In this document: positions 26,632 through 35,323 of the stretch, piece by piece | How positions within the stretch are numbered: the first letter of the stretch is position 1 | Layout: every line of letters begins with the position of its first letter | Sequence record: PV593634.1 | Length of the DNA: 64,000 nucleotides | Strand: one strand, 5' to 3' | Translations under genes and position numbers: made by a program | Notes under the pieces: generated by a model | What the model saw: only the letters and a program-made list of their open reading frames with translations | Told to the model about the DNA's origin: nothing | Databases searched by the model: none

Positions 26632-27300
26632 ATGAATCATTTTAACCCTAAAGGCTTCCCGCTTGTTTTCGCAGTAGACATGGATGATACCCTGAACGAT
26701 ACTCACGGTTTTATCTACAACGGAATGTTGAGACACTATACCGAACGCGGTATGAAAGCTAAAGCCGAATACATCCAGGAAGAACATCGTAAAGGAACAA
26801 GTTCTTTAGTATGGCGTGAAGATGTTCGTCGTGACATTAACGACGTCATTATCGATACCAACGCTTATATCAAGAATGCTTATGGTTCTAACTTGATGGA
26901 TAATGGTTTCATTAATTTGATGCGTGAAATCAAACTAGAGTACCCTGATCAGTTCTTCCCTGTGGTTGTTACTCACCGTGGGTTCGATCCAGAAGCTGGA
27001 ACGTTAACTGAGGTCTGGTTGTACGAGAACGGAATTAACGATCTTTTCCAGGTTGTACATGCTTTAGATCCTCGCGTTAAGCCTAACAAGGTTGAGTTCC
27101 TTAAAGAGACTTACCCCAGTCATGCAATCCGTCTTCTGGATGACAACCCATTAGCTCGTACCGATAAGGTTTACGACCATGTTCCTGAACTGATTGTGTA
27201 CGACAAGATCTCTAAGCTCCCTGCTTATCAGAATCAACGTAAGTATACCAGCAACTTAAACCTGGTTTATGATATCGTGAGAACCATTGAGGGTAACTAA
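26632..27300 (+). CDS. HAD-superfamily 5'(3')-deoxyribonucleotidase-like protein
   Basis: AVDMDDTL (motif I), VVTHR (II), KVEF (III), LLDDNP (IV). Confidence 0.8.
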   Translation: MNHFNPKGFPLVFAVDMDDTLNDTHGFIYNGMLRHYTERGMKAKAEYIQEEHRKGTSSLVWREDVRRDINDVIIDTNAYIKNAYGSNLMDNGFINLMREIKLEYPDQFFPVVVTHRGFDPEAGTLTEVWLYENGINDLFQVVHALDPRVKPNKVEFLKETYPSHAIRLLDDNPLARTDKVYDHVPELIVYDKISKLPAYQNQRKYTSNLNLVYDIVRTIEGN

Positions 27301-27786
27301 ATGGAATATCAGATTGCTCAATTAACTAACGAATCTTTGAAGACTTTAACTCCTAGCGAGAATAAAGAAATCTTAGATATGTTTCGTGCTATGGCTAAGA
27401 CGGATGAACGTTTCCATATTTATAAGTCAGAAAGCCATATCTCCAATCCGGAACTGAAGAGTCTGAAACAGTTGGTTGTTGGTGGTGGGAGTTTAATCAT
27501 CGTAGCCGATAAGGAAACTCATGAACTGGTAGGTGGTTGTGGATTCCGTGTAACTGATTTCGGTATTCTTAAACAGGGTGCCGTATCATTCGTTTACACC
27601 ATGCCTAAGTACAGAAAGCAAGGTGCGGCAACTGCGATGTTTAACAAGGTAAACGAGATCGCTAAAGCCGCTGGTTGTACCGAGTTGTATATCACTGTTG
27701 CCTCGGCTAATACTGAAGCGATTAATCTCTATGAACGCGTGGGATTCGAACCACGCATCATCCAAATGTTAAAAGGCGTTAAATAA
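27301..27786 (+). CDS. GNAT acetyltransferase
   Basis: FVYTMPKYRKQGAATAMF and VASANTEAINLYERVGF. Confidence 0.92.
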   Translation: MEYQIAQLTNESLKTLTPSENKEILDMFRAMAKTDERFHIYKSESHISNPELKSLKQLVVGGGSLIIVADKETHELVGGCGFRVTDFGILKQGAVSFVYTMPKYRKQGAATAMFNKVNEIAKAAGCTELYITVASANTEAINLYERVGFEPRIIQMLKGVK

Positions 27787-28439
27787 TGAACAGTACTGCA
27801 TACCTGAAAAACGATATTAAGTTCGTCCAGGCTACCACATACTCCATGATTATGGCGTGCGATTCTAATGGCGGGATCGGTTATAAGAACGGCTTGCCGT
27901 GGGGTCGTTGTGATGTTGATATGAAGTGGTTCCGTGCCAGTACGCTGGGTAAAATCATCGTCATGGGTCGTAGTACATTTGAATCTCTGGATTCTAAACC
28001 GCTACCTGGTCGTATCAATATTGTTCTGTCCACTACTCTGGATCCTCAGATCGGTAAAGACTGGAACAAAGAAAATGAAAACGACATTAAGAAAGGCTAT
28101 CTGCTTATTCTTAAAGATGTCGGTGCAGTCCGTAAATTTATCGAAGACTCCCTTGGTATCTTACATAACGGTGGTGAGGTAATGGTAATCGGTGGAGCGC
28201 TGGTTTATTCCGCATTCTGGGATATTTGCTCTCGTCTATATCTTACTACCTTTGACGGTACTTTCGATTCTGATGTCCAGGTTCAGATTCCGATGGAAAA
28301 CTTTGAATTAATCTATCTGGATAAACGTAGTCGTTTAAATCCGCAGTTCGCTATTTACGATTGTGTCAAAGATGACAGTCGCCCATTAATCATTACTCGC
28401 GAGGAGTTGCAATCATGTTTAAAATCCCTGACCATTTAG
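27786..28439 (+). CDS. folA: Dihydrofolate reductase
   Basis: MACDSNGGIGYKNGLPW..DMKWF, VMGRSTFES, PLPGRINIVLS and VIGGALVY. Confidence 0.95.
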   Translation: MNSTAYLKNDIKFVQATTYSMIMACDSNGGIGYKNGLPWGRCDVDMKWFRASTLGKIIVMGRSTFESLDSKPLPGRINIVLSTTLDPQIGKDWNKENENDIKKGYLLILKDVGAVRKFIEDSLGILHNGGEVMVIGGALVYSAFWDICSRLYLTTFDGTFDSDVQVQIPMENFELIYLDKRSRLNPQFAIYDCVKDDSRPLIITREELQSCLKSLTI

Positions 28440-28672
28440 TAACTGAAGTTAAAGCTGGTGAAACTTTCCACGTCTGCAAGATGGGACACGGTAAAGCATC
28501 ACTGGGTGGTCAGAAAGTTGTTATCGAAGTTCCGTCTAACGGTTTAAAGTTGGGTGACCGTTTCTTCGCTACAGGTACTAACCGTTTAGTACGTAGACTG
28601 ACGCTTGGCAACATGGTTGCTGTCCCGGATAAGAATACGACTATCCAATATAAAGGTCGTCCTATCGTTTAA
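28415..28672 (+). CDS. Hypothetical protein (85 aa)
   Basis: GAGGAG SD; overlaps the DHFR end. Confidence 0.75.
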   Translation: MFKIPDHLVTEVKAGETFHVCKMGHGKASLGGQKVVIEVPSNGLKLGDRFFATGTNRLVRRLTLGNMVAVPDKNTTIQYKGRPIV

Positions 28673-28679
28673 CCCAAAT

Positions 28680-28705
28680 GGGGAGTCGGGTAACACCGGC
28701 TCTCC
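28680..28705 (+). terminator. Hairpin
   Basis: GGGAGTCGG-GTAACA-CCGGCTCTC. Confidence 0.45.
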
Positions 28706-28717
28706 TTAGGAGTTATC

Positions 28718-28837
28718 ATGGATTTATTTTCGCAATTTGCATTGTGGTGTTTAGGCGCTATTGCTACTGGTTTTGTTTGTACTCTCTTTACACGTGGTTT
28801 AACCTATTTGAAAAACAAACTGTTTAAAAAATCTTAA
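28718..28837 (+). CDS. 39-aa single-TM peptide below the track cutoff
   Basis: AGGAG SD. MDLFSQFALWCLGAIATGFVCTLFTRGLTYLKNKLFKKS. Confidence 0.65.
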   Translation: MDLFSQFALWCLGAIATGFVCTLFTRGLTYLKNKLFKKS

Positions 28838-28859
28838 ACAGATATTATTAAAGTGTTAA
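28835..28859 (+). promoter_or_regulatory. Putative early promoter copy, upstream of clpP-groEL
   Basis: TAAACAGATATTATTAAAGTGTTAA. Confidence 0.7.
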
Positions 28860-28887
28860 GGTTATCAAGTTTAATAAGGAGACTTGA

Positions 28888-29550
28888 ATGTCAGAAGTTA
28901 ATGAAGTAAAGGAAGCGATCAAACCACCTACCGTATACGAAATGTTTCTATGTGGTTCGATAGATGCTGACAGCGCTACTGAGTTCTGTAAGTTAGCAGG
29001 ACAGAATTATAATCGTGACCCGTTCGTGATCAACGTCAATAGTACTGGCGGTGACGTGAATGCTGGGTTGGTTATTAATGATGTACTGGATACATTCATG
29101 ACTAACGTTGCGTTTGTGGTGGGTTGTTTCTCAGGTTCGATGGCTGTAACGCTAATGCAGAACCCGGAGTACTTCCGACTGGCATATAAAAGTTCACGTT
29201 TATTATGTCATGGTCTGAAGGTCACAGTTGTCGGTGGCATGGATGAAGTTGCTAACCAATGTAATAACGTCAATGCGGTACGAGAGAACATCATCGATCG
29301 TTACTCAAGAGCGTGCGGGTTAGAAGGCGACGAACTGATTGAGAAAGTATTCAATAAAGATCGTCTCTATTCAGCCCAGGATGCTTTAGAACTCGGAACT
29401 CGTGGACTGATCGATGCGATCATCCTACGCGACTTCGGTGCTCATAAGTATCTCTGTCGAACTCGTGGTGGGTTGAAGGTCATCGACATCATCAAACATA
29501 CTCCTCACGACATTCCTGATTTACCAGTATGGGAGCCGCCAAAGAAATGA
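28888..29550 (+). CDS. clpP: ClpP-like serine protease
   Basis: LCGSID, VNSTGGDV, FSGSMA (Ser), LLCHG (His), KDRLYSAQDA (Asp) and GLIDAI. Confidence 0.85.
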   Translation: MSEVNEVKEAIKPPTVYEMFLCGSIDADSATEFCKLAGQNYNRDPFVINVNSTGGDVNAGLVINDVLDTFMTNVAFVVGCFSGSMAVTLMQNPEYFRLAYKSSRLLCHGLKVTVVGGMDEVANQCNNVNAVRENIIDRYSRACGLEGDELIEKVFNKDRLYSAQDALELGTRGLIDAIILRDFGAHKYLCRTRGGLKVIDIIKHTPHDIPDLPVWEPPKK

Positions 29551-29972
29551 CATTCTCATTCATGTGGTTCTTAATCGGTATTGCTATTGCAGCATATATC
29601 GCAATGGGACTTAAAACTGCAGGTATGTTCTTCTGGTGTCTTGGAACTTCTCATGGAAGTAACAGACCTAAGTGGTATCTCCCGATGGAGATAGGTTACC
29701 TGATCGGCATGATTCTGGTCTGGCCTTTCTTCTATCTGTGGTTGTACGCACAGTCGTTTATATCGACTCGCGAACCTAAACATGTAAAGGAACATAAGGG
29801 ACCGATCTATGTCCATCGTTACATCCCGGAAGCCCAATACGCTTGTTACGGAGTGGCGCACAGTTATCACGACGAGAACCCACTGGTCATCTACCAGGAC
29901 ATCAAAACAAAGAAGTTATATCACTGTACGGAAACCTATTTTGAGAACAACATGAAGTTGATCTCCAAGTAA
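29547..29972 (+). CDS. Membrane protein with a C-terminal DUF1653-like domain
   Basis: ATGA overlap with clpP. Two TM segments, then YVHRY..Y..YGVAHS..E.PLVIYQD. Confidence 0.7.
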   Translation: MTFSFMWFLIGIAIAAYIAMGLKTAGMFFWCLGTSHGSNRPKWYLPMEIGYLIGMILVWPFFYLWLYAQSFISTREPKHVKEHKGPIYVHRYIPEAQYACYGVAHSYHDENPLVIYQDIKTKKLYHCTETYFENNMKLISK

Positions 29973-30019
29973 GTTGTATTAAAGACAATCCCAATTTAAT
30001 TAGATATAGGAATAAAGAA

Positions 30020-31585
30020 ATGGCTGAGCACATCGATTCAATGTTTACCGAAGTTACTTTCACCAACAAAACAGACACTCGTGAAATCGTTAACGAAGTC
30101 GTTGAACATGCATTTGAATCTGTATGTTCTACAATGGGTCCGAATGGTTCTTATGTGGTTATCAACCAGATGAACCGTCCTCGTGTAACCAAAGATGGTG
30201 TAAGCGTTGCGAAGGCATTGGACTTCAATGAACCGCGTCGTAATCTGATTGCTAACATCATTATGGAACCATCGATCAAGACCGATGCTGAAGTGGGTGA
30301 TGGTACAACTACCACGGTATTTATGACCTATCATTTATATCAAGCATTTGGTAGTGATATGACTTTCAAGAATACTCGTTATCTTGATGGCCTGATTCGC
30401 GAAGTCGAGAAATTCCTGGGTGGGTTGGTTATTCCTGGTGATATCAACAGCGATGAATTCCGTAACATGTTGATGACATCTTCGAACTATGAAGAAGAAA
30501 TCGTTGACAAAGTTCTGGAAATCTATAAGACCCACGCATTCCCGAATATCCGTCTGATCAACAGTCCAAGTCTGCCAGCAGATAAGATCGACTATACTTC
30601 CGAAATCAAATTCGAAGGTCAGTTCGGTGCACCTAACTTTATCCCGAAAGGTGATATCCTGAATGTAGGTCGTGGTCAGGCTAAAATCATTCTGATCGAT
30701 GGTCGTATTGATCGTCTGTCTCAGAAACAGATTACCGAAATCAATAGCCTGGGTTTGGTGTTCATCATTGCTCGTAACTTTGAGCCTGGTGTAATCAACG
30801 CAATCAACGCAGAGAACCAACGTATCGGTCGCACAACGATCCTGCCGTACAAAATCAATGCAGCGGGCACTTTGGGAACTGATACAATTGCTGACCTGGG
30901 TAAACTGATTGGTGTCCAACCTCTGTTTGGGATTGACAACCTGGATGTTGAACTGGTTAAAGATCCTATTACCGATGTGTATTTCCACACCACAGGCATT
31001 CTGCTAGATAAGGATAACCAAACTGTTAAAGATATCTCTGAAGATATCCTGACTGATCTGGATCCTCGTTATGAAGCAATGTCTGTAATCGATCGTCAAG
31101 CTGCAATTGGTTTGGATCTGTTCCGTCGTATCTCTCGACTGCGTGCAAATAACGTGATCATTAATGTCTCTGGCATAACACCTTCGGATGCAACCGAACG
31201 TTATTATCGTTATGAAGACGTAATGAAAGCTGCACGTACGGGTCAACAGTTCGGCGTAATTCCAGGTATCGGTTACGGCTACCTGAAAGCGTCTGACTTC
31301 GTCCTGGGCCTTCCTGCGCAATCTGATGAGGGACTTGAGCATTGTCGCAAGGTATTAGCGGAAGTACTGTGTGCTCAGTATGAACATTTAACCGGTTTCG
31401 AATATAACAATGATGGCGATGCGATCTTTGTTGATCTGGTAACTGGTGAAGAGTCTCGTACTCCGATGAATGTTTATGATAACGCAGCGGCTACCATGAC
31501 AGCACTGAAAGGTGCATGGCAAACTGCTAAGACTCTCGGCAAGATTAGTAACGTAATGGGCCGTAGTAATAAAACCTATTCATAA
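30020..31585 (+). CDS. groEL: GroEL-like chaperonin
   Basis: TMGPNG, VTKDGVSVAK, VGDGTTTT, GVIPGIG and VYDNAAAT. No GGM tail. Confidence 0.93.
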   Translation: MAEHIDSMFTEVTFTNKTDTREIVNEVVEHAFESVCSTMGPNGSYVVINQMNRPRVTKDGVSVAKALDFNEPRRNLIANIIMEPSIKTDAEVGDGTTTTVFMTYHLYQAFGSDMTFKNTRYLDGLIREVEKFLGGLVIPGDINSDEFRNMLMTSSNYEEEIVDKVLEIYKTHAFPNIRLINSPSLPADKIDYTSEIKFEGQFGAPNFIPKGDILNVGRGQAKIILIDGRIDRLSQKQITEINSLGLVFIIARNFEPGVINAINAENQRIGRTTILPYKINAAGTLGTDTIADLGKLIGVQPLFGIDNLDVELVKDPITDVYFHTTGILLDKDNQTVKDISEDILTDLDPRYEAMSVIDRQAAIGLDLFRRISRLRANNVIINVSGITPSDATERYYRYEDVMKAARTGQQFGVIPGIGYGYLKASDFVLGLPAQSDEGLEHCRKVLAEVLCAQYEHLTGFEYNNDGDAIFVDLVTGEESRTPMNVYDNAAATMTALKGAWQTAKTLGKISNVMGRSNKTYS

Positions 31586-31591
31586 CTAGTA

Positions 31592-31619
31592 TCGGGCCGA
31601 GGGTAATTCCTCGGCTCGA
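31592..31619 (+). terminator. Hairpin after groEL
   Basis: TCGGGCCGAGG-GTAATT-CCTCGGCTCGA. Confidence 0.6.
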
Positions 31620-31666
31620 ACTCATGTCCTCTTATTCTTTTTGGTTTCCAACTAGAGGGCTCAGTT

Positions 31667-31948
31667 GTGTTATTAAAAAAGATAGCGGCAGCAAAAGGAG
31701 CTGGGCGTAAACAGATAGCAGAGTTGGACAATGTTGTTGGCTGTTTGTTTATGGCTGTGGTATTTAGTTTGGCTGTCATTGAGGGCTACTTCGTTTTTGG
31801 TTATTTCGGTATGGGTGTTTTAGTGACTCGCATTGGTGGAATAATTTTTGAAGTGAGACGCAATTTATTTGATAGACCTTTCTTTCACTACCTGTTACTC
31901 ATCGCTATACCCGGTGAGATCTTTTATGACTTATTTTTGAGTAAGTAA
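31667..31948 (+). CDS. Possible small membrane protein (start uncertain, perhaps ATG 31751)
   Basis: Hydrophobic C-terminal two-thirds; fills the gap before tdk; weak SD. Confidence 0.4.
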   Translation: MLLKKIAAAKGAGRKQIAELDNVVGCLFMAVVFSLAVIEGYFVFGYFGMGVLVTRIGGIIFEVRRNLFDRPFFHYLLLIAIPGEIFYDLFLSK

Positions 31949-31959
31949 GGAAATGAACA

Positions 31960-32544
31960 ATGGCCAGTTTATATTTCTATTATAGTTCCATGAATGCTGG
32001 GAAATCTATTGATCTGCTGCGTTCTAACTATAACTATCTTGAACGTGGGATGAAGACACTAGTCCTCAAACCCGCAATCGACACTCGTGAAGAAACGGCA
32101 GTCGTTCGCTCACGTATTGGGTTAGAGGTTGAGTGCGACCTCTTCAAACCTGACGATAACCTATGGTGGGTTGTTAATCGCGCGCTGGGTATCACTAACC
32201 AGATCCATTGTATTTTCATAGATGAAGCACAGTTCTTAACACCAGAACAAGTTAATCAATTAGGTCGCATCACTAACGAGCTTGATATTCCGGTTCTGTG
32301 TTATGGGTTACGGACTGACTTCCAGGGTAATCTTTTCCCAGGTTCTGCCAAGTTACTTGGTATTGCTGATAAGCTTACGGAATTGAAAACGATCTGTTGG
32401 TGTGGATCTAAAGCGACAATGGTTCTTCGTATGGACGAGGATGGTAATGTCGTTCGCGATGGTGCACAGGTCCAGGTTGGTGGTAACGACACTTATGTTT
32501 CTGTGTGTCGTAAACATCATGCTGATGGGCGTGGTCACTGTTAA
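31960..32544 (+). CDS. tdk: Thymidine kinase
   Basis: YYSSMNAGKS, IFIDEAQFL, CYGLRTDF, and Zn-binding CWCG...CRKH. Confidence 0.96.
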   Translation: MASLYFYYSSMNAGKSIDLLRSNYNYLERGMKTLVLKPAIDTREETAVVRSRIGLEVECDLFKPDDNLWWVVNRALGITNQIHCIFIDEAQFLTPEQVNQLGRITNELDIPVLCYGLRTDFQGNLFPGSAKLLGIADKLTELKTICWCGSKATMVLRMDEDGNVVRDGAQVQVGGNDTYVSVCRKHHADGRGHC

Positions 32545-32558
32545 GTTGGAAACTATTT

Positions 32559-32583
32559 CAGACCTATATCATCTAAGTGTAAA
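32559..32583 (+). promoter_or_regulatory. Putative early promoter copy
   Basis: CAGACCTATATCATCTAAGTGTAAA. Confidence 0.75.
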
Positions 32584-32618
32584 TACATTAACGTATTAAA
32601 CCTACTGGAGATATAGAT

Positions 32619-32972
32619 ATGACTAATTTCATCGAAGACATGATCGAAGAAGGCTTCATCGGTAACAAAACTAAACCATCTGGTCTGATGGCTACAGTTG
32701 AAAACATTGTTGGCGAAGGTCGTGGTAACATGGCTGCAGCAATCGCTGGTGTAGCTGGTGCTGTTGCATTGGAACTGGTAAGTCCTACTGGTTCTAAAAC
32801 TTCTGCTGTAGTTGCAGCAGTAGCTGGTGGTGCTGCAGTTTATGCTGCTCGCGATCTGATCAATGCAGCTCCTACCAATACACCTCTGGCTACTGGTATC
32901 GGTGTGACTTCTGCATACATCGGTATGCTCGGCGGTCGTGTTGCAGCTGATTACTTCCCAGGCAACGTGTAA
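32619..32972 (+). CDS. Gly/Ala-rich glycine-zipper membrane protein (117 aa)
   Basis: GGAGA SD. AIAGVAGAVA, VAAVAGGAAV and GIGVTSAYIGMLGG. Confidence 0.8.
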   Translation: MTNFIEDMIEEGFIGNKTKPSGLMATVENIVGEGRGNMAAAIAGVAGAVALELVSPTGSKTSAVVAAVAGGAAVYAARDLINAAPTNTPLATGIGVTSAYIGMLGGRVAADYFPGNV

Positions 32973-32977
32973 CATAA

Positions 32978-32998
32978 AGGCTACCCTTAGGGTAGCCT
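32978..32998 (+). terminator. Terminator
   Basis: AGGCTACCC-TTA-GGGTAGCCT followed by a T-rich tract. Confidence 0.65.
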
Positions 32999-33080
32999 AA
33001 ACTCTTTATCATTCTTATTTTTTTCGATATCCTATGGGGACTATCCTGTCTCTTACTTTTAAACAGAATGGAATACCATT

Positions 33081-33935
33081 ATGAACAAACTCCCTACTTG
33101 TAATCAGTACCTGCTGGATATCTTTACTTCGGCTAAGCTTAAAGCAGCTGCTAATATTAAAGATCCTGCACAGCGTGCTAAACAAGAGAAGTTCTACACC
33201 GACGTTAAAGAAGATGAATGCACCTTCTCTCGTCCTGTAATGAAAGATGGTAAATGGTCTGTTGACATTACCTGTGTAGCGCGTGGCTGGAAATATGAAG
33301 GTCTGCGTTATAACACTGGTAGCTTACCTGCTCTCGTTGCTCCTAAATCAAACTACACCATCGCTGTTGAGAAACTGCGCAGTCAGACCATCACTGGTTT
33401 GTATTTTGCTGTGGATAAAGAAACTCTGCATCTGGTACTGCAACCGCATTCCAACATCTGGGAAGCACTGCGTATGACTGGTTATGAATTCTCTCCTAAC
33501 GAGTTCTCTGTAACCAACTATAACAGTCGTGATGAAGTTAAAGTTGCTGATGGTCATATCGACATTCGTAACACCGTTGTTGCTGGTCGCATCTACATCA
33601 CTAACGTAGCTCGTTATCAGACGTCAGCTCCTATTCCTGAAGAGTCCCCGGTTACTTCTGCTAAGATCGAATTTGAAGGTAAAGTAGAAGAAATGGTTGG
33701 TACTCCTGCTGAAGGTGTGCAGCTGGAACCAGCTGATCATCCTGAAGCGGTAATTGCTCCGGTGGAAGAAGAGAAACCTTTCGTGGACTTTAAAGCTCTG
33801 GGTGATGGTGCTCTGGAAGCTGTAGCTAAAGCTCAAACTGAGGAAGAAGAAATTCAGGCTCTGTTGGATGCTGAAGCTAAAGAAGAAGTTGTTGAAGAGA
33901 AACCTGTTCAGCAGCAGAAGTCTAAGCGTAAATAA
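33081..33935 (+). CDS. 284-aa protein with a fibre-N-terminus-like domain and an acidic tail
   Basis: YTDVKEDECTFSRPVMKDGKWSVDITCVARGW resembles YTSLVAGDLVIENPVAFPDGITRVCFTARKTGF. E-rich C-terminus. Confidence 0.75.
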   Translation: MNKLPTCNQYLLDIFTSAKLKAAANIKDPAQRAKQEKFYTDVKEDECTFSRPVMKDGKWSVDITCVARGWKYEGLRYNTGSLPALVAPKSNYTIAVEKLRSQTITGLYFAVDKETLHLVLQPHSNIWEALRMTGYEFSPNEFSVTNYNSRDEVKVADGHIDIRNTVVAGRIYITNVARYQTSAPIPEESPVTSAKIEFEGKVEEMVGTPAEGVQLEPADHPEAVIAPVEEEKPFVDFKALGDGALEAVAKAQTEEEEIQALLDAEAKEEVVEEKPVQQQKSKRK

Positions 33936-33940
33936 TACCA

Positions 33941-33976
33941 CTAGAGCGGGGGAAACCTCGCTCTAGATTATGTTTG
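33941..33976 (+). terminator. Terminator with a TTATG tail
   Basis: CTAGAGCGGGG-GAAA-CCTCGCTCTAG followed by ATTATGTTTG. Confidence 0.7.
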
Positions 33977-33987
33977 CCATTTGAAAA

Positions 33988-34012
33988 TGGATAGATATTA
34001 TCTATGTGTATG
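33988..34012 (+). promoter_or_regulatory. Putative early promoter copy
   Basis: TGGATAGATATTATCTATGTGTATG. Confidence 0.7.
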
Positions 34013-34040
34013 GCTTGAACAATTTAACTAAGGAGTTAAC

Positions 34041-34526
34041 ATGAATTTGATTAATACGTTTCCCGATGACATCTCCCATCTGAAACACGTTATTCAGAAA
34101 GTCGTTGAAGCTGGGATGGAACATAAGAAAGAACATTCTGGTAAAAACGTCAGTGCTTCCGTTAAGCTTAATCACGAATACATGCGAAACCGTTCGCCTA
34201 AGTTCGTGGCTAAGTTAATCTATAGTGTAAGCACTAAAAACCACGATACCACTTCTGTTAGTAATAATGAAGTGAAACTGGAAGAAGGTGAGAACTATAC
34301 CTATGACGCTCTGAACGAGTTGATCAATGGAGTGCTCGATGCTTCTGCTCAGGAAACCAGTACCAACTTAGCTTATGGGATTAACCCCACAGCTGATGAC
34401 ATTAAAGACTACGCAATGAATGTCTTTAACTCCGCCCTTCAATCTGTCGGTATCCGCTGGGATGTAACAGCCGTTATTGTGGTTGAAGGAATAAATATAT
34501 CGAAATTCACCGTAGTAATTGGTTAA
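34041..34526 (+). CDS. Hypothetical protein (161 aa)
   Basis: AAGGAG SD. Confidence 0.8.
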   Translation: MNLINTFPDDISHLKHVIQKVVEAGMEHKKEHSGKNVSASVKLNHEYMRNRSPKFVAKLIYSVSTKNHDTTSVSNNEVKLEEGENYTYDALNELINGVLDASAQETSTNLAYGINPTADDIKDYAMNVFNSALQSVGIRWDVTAVIVVEGINISKFTVVIG

Positions 34527-34545
34527 CTTTAGAAAGGAATAAAAC

Positions 34546-35319
34546 ATGTTGAATCAAATCGCCGCTGCGCTCAAGATCTCTTTGGCAGAATGTAAAGATA
34601 TTCAAGATCCAACCGAATACGCCAATGCGATCGTAGCGACTTTGACTCGTTACAAAACCAACATCTTTAAGATGATCTGTAAGGAAATGATAGTTCATCA
34701 GGACCCTAAAGAAATTATTCAGTTCCGTATTGGTGGTAGTTTCCGTAGTGTGCAAGGTTTCAACAAACGCGCTTCTATCCATTCGTCGGATATTGTTGTA
34801 CTGTATATCGGTGTGATCTTCCCCAATCCAGAAGGTCGTATGAACCGTGAGAAAATCGCCAGTCTGTCCGTAGACATTACCGACATCATTGATCAGGAGA
34901 AAATCTTAGGGTTAACGCCCAACTGTCATATGAACTGTGCAGATGCTCAGAAAGCCGGTATCAAAGATGAGATCGAAGTCCCAGGTTTGTATCACTCCAT
35001 GGAACGTGGTGCTGATGACATTAATAGTTTCATTTTCCAGTTTAACAGTCGTGTAGCCGAGGAAATGGAAATGGAGATCTATCTGGCTAAGGCTGTTAAT
35101 ATGCCGAACGATCCTCGTAAATCTATCAACGAACTGAATGGTATCAAAGATCGTTATCCTGAGAACTTCCCGCCTAAGTCAGCGCTGGATATTCCCATGG
35201 AAGAAACCATCCGCGATAAACAGATCCGTTTGTTGAAAGATCGTATCGGTGAGAAAGTTCCTGGTAGTCGTCCTATCAAGAAGAAACGTAAACAATCACC
35301 GCGGCCAGTTAAGGCGTAA
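34546..35319 (+). CDS. Hypothetical protein (257 aa) with a basic C-terminus
   Basis: AAAGGAA SD. Confidence 0.8.
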   Translation: MLNQIAAALKISLAECKDIQDPTEYANAIVATLTRYKTNIFKMICKEMIVHQDPKEIIQFRIGGSFRSVQGFNKRASIHSSDIVVLYIGVIFPNPEGRMNREKIASLSVDITDIIDQEKILGLTPNCHMNCADAQKAGIKDEIEVPGLYHSMERGADDINSFIFQFNSRVAEEMEMEIYLAKAVNMPNDPRKSINELNGIKDRYPENFPPKSALDIPMEETIRDKQIRLLKDRIGEKVPGSRPIKKKRKQSPRPVKA

Positions 35320-35323
35320 ACAA

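Noticed and set aside
28415-28672. 85-aa ORF as a divergent GroES (KASLGGQKVV, LKLGDR)
   Set aside because: The similarity is too short and weak. It lacks the RPL.DRV and GEVLAVG elements and lies outside the groEL unit. A structure search would settle it.
31576-31779. Minus-strand 67-aa ORF after groEL
   Set aside because: It overlaps the groEL stop and terminator, has no SD, and opposes the local gene orientation.
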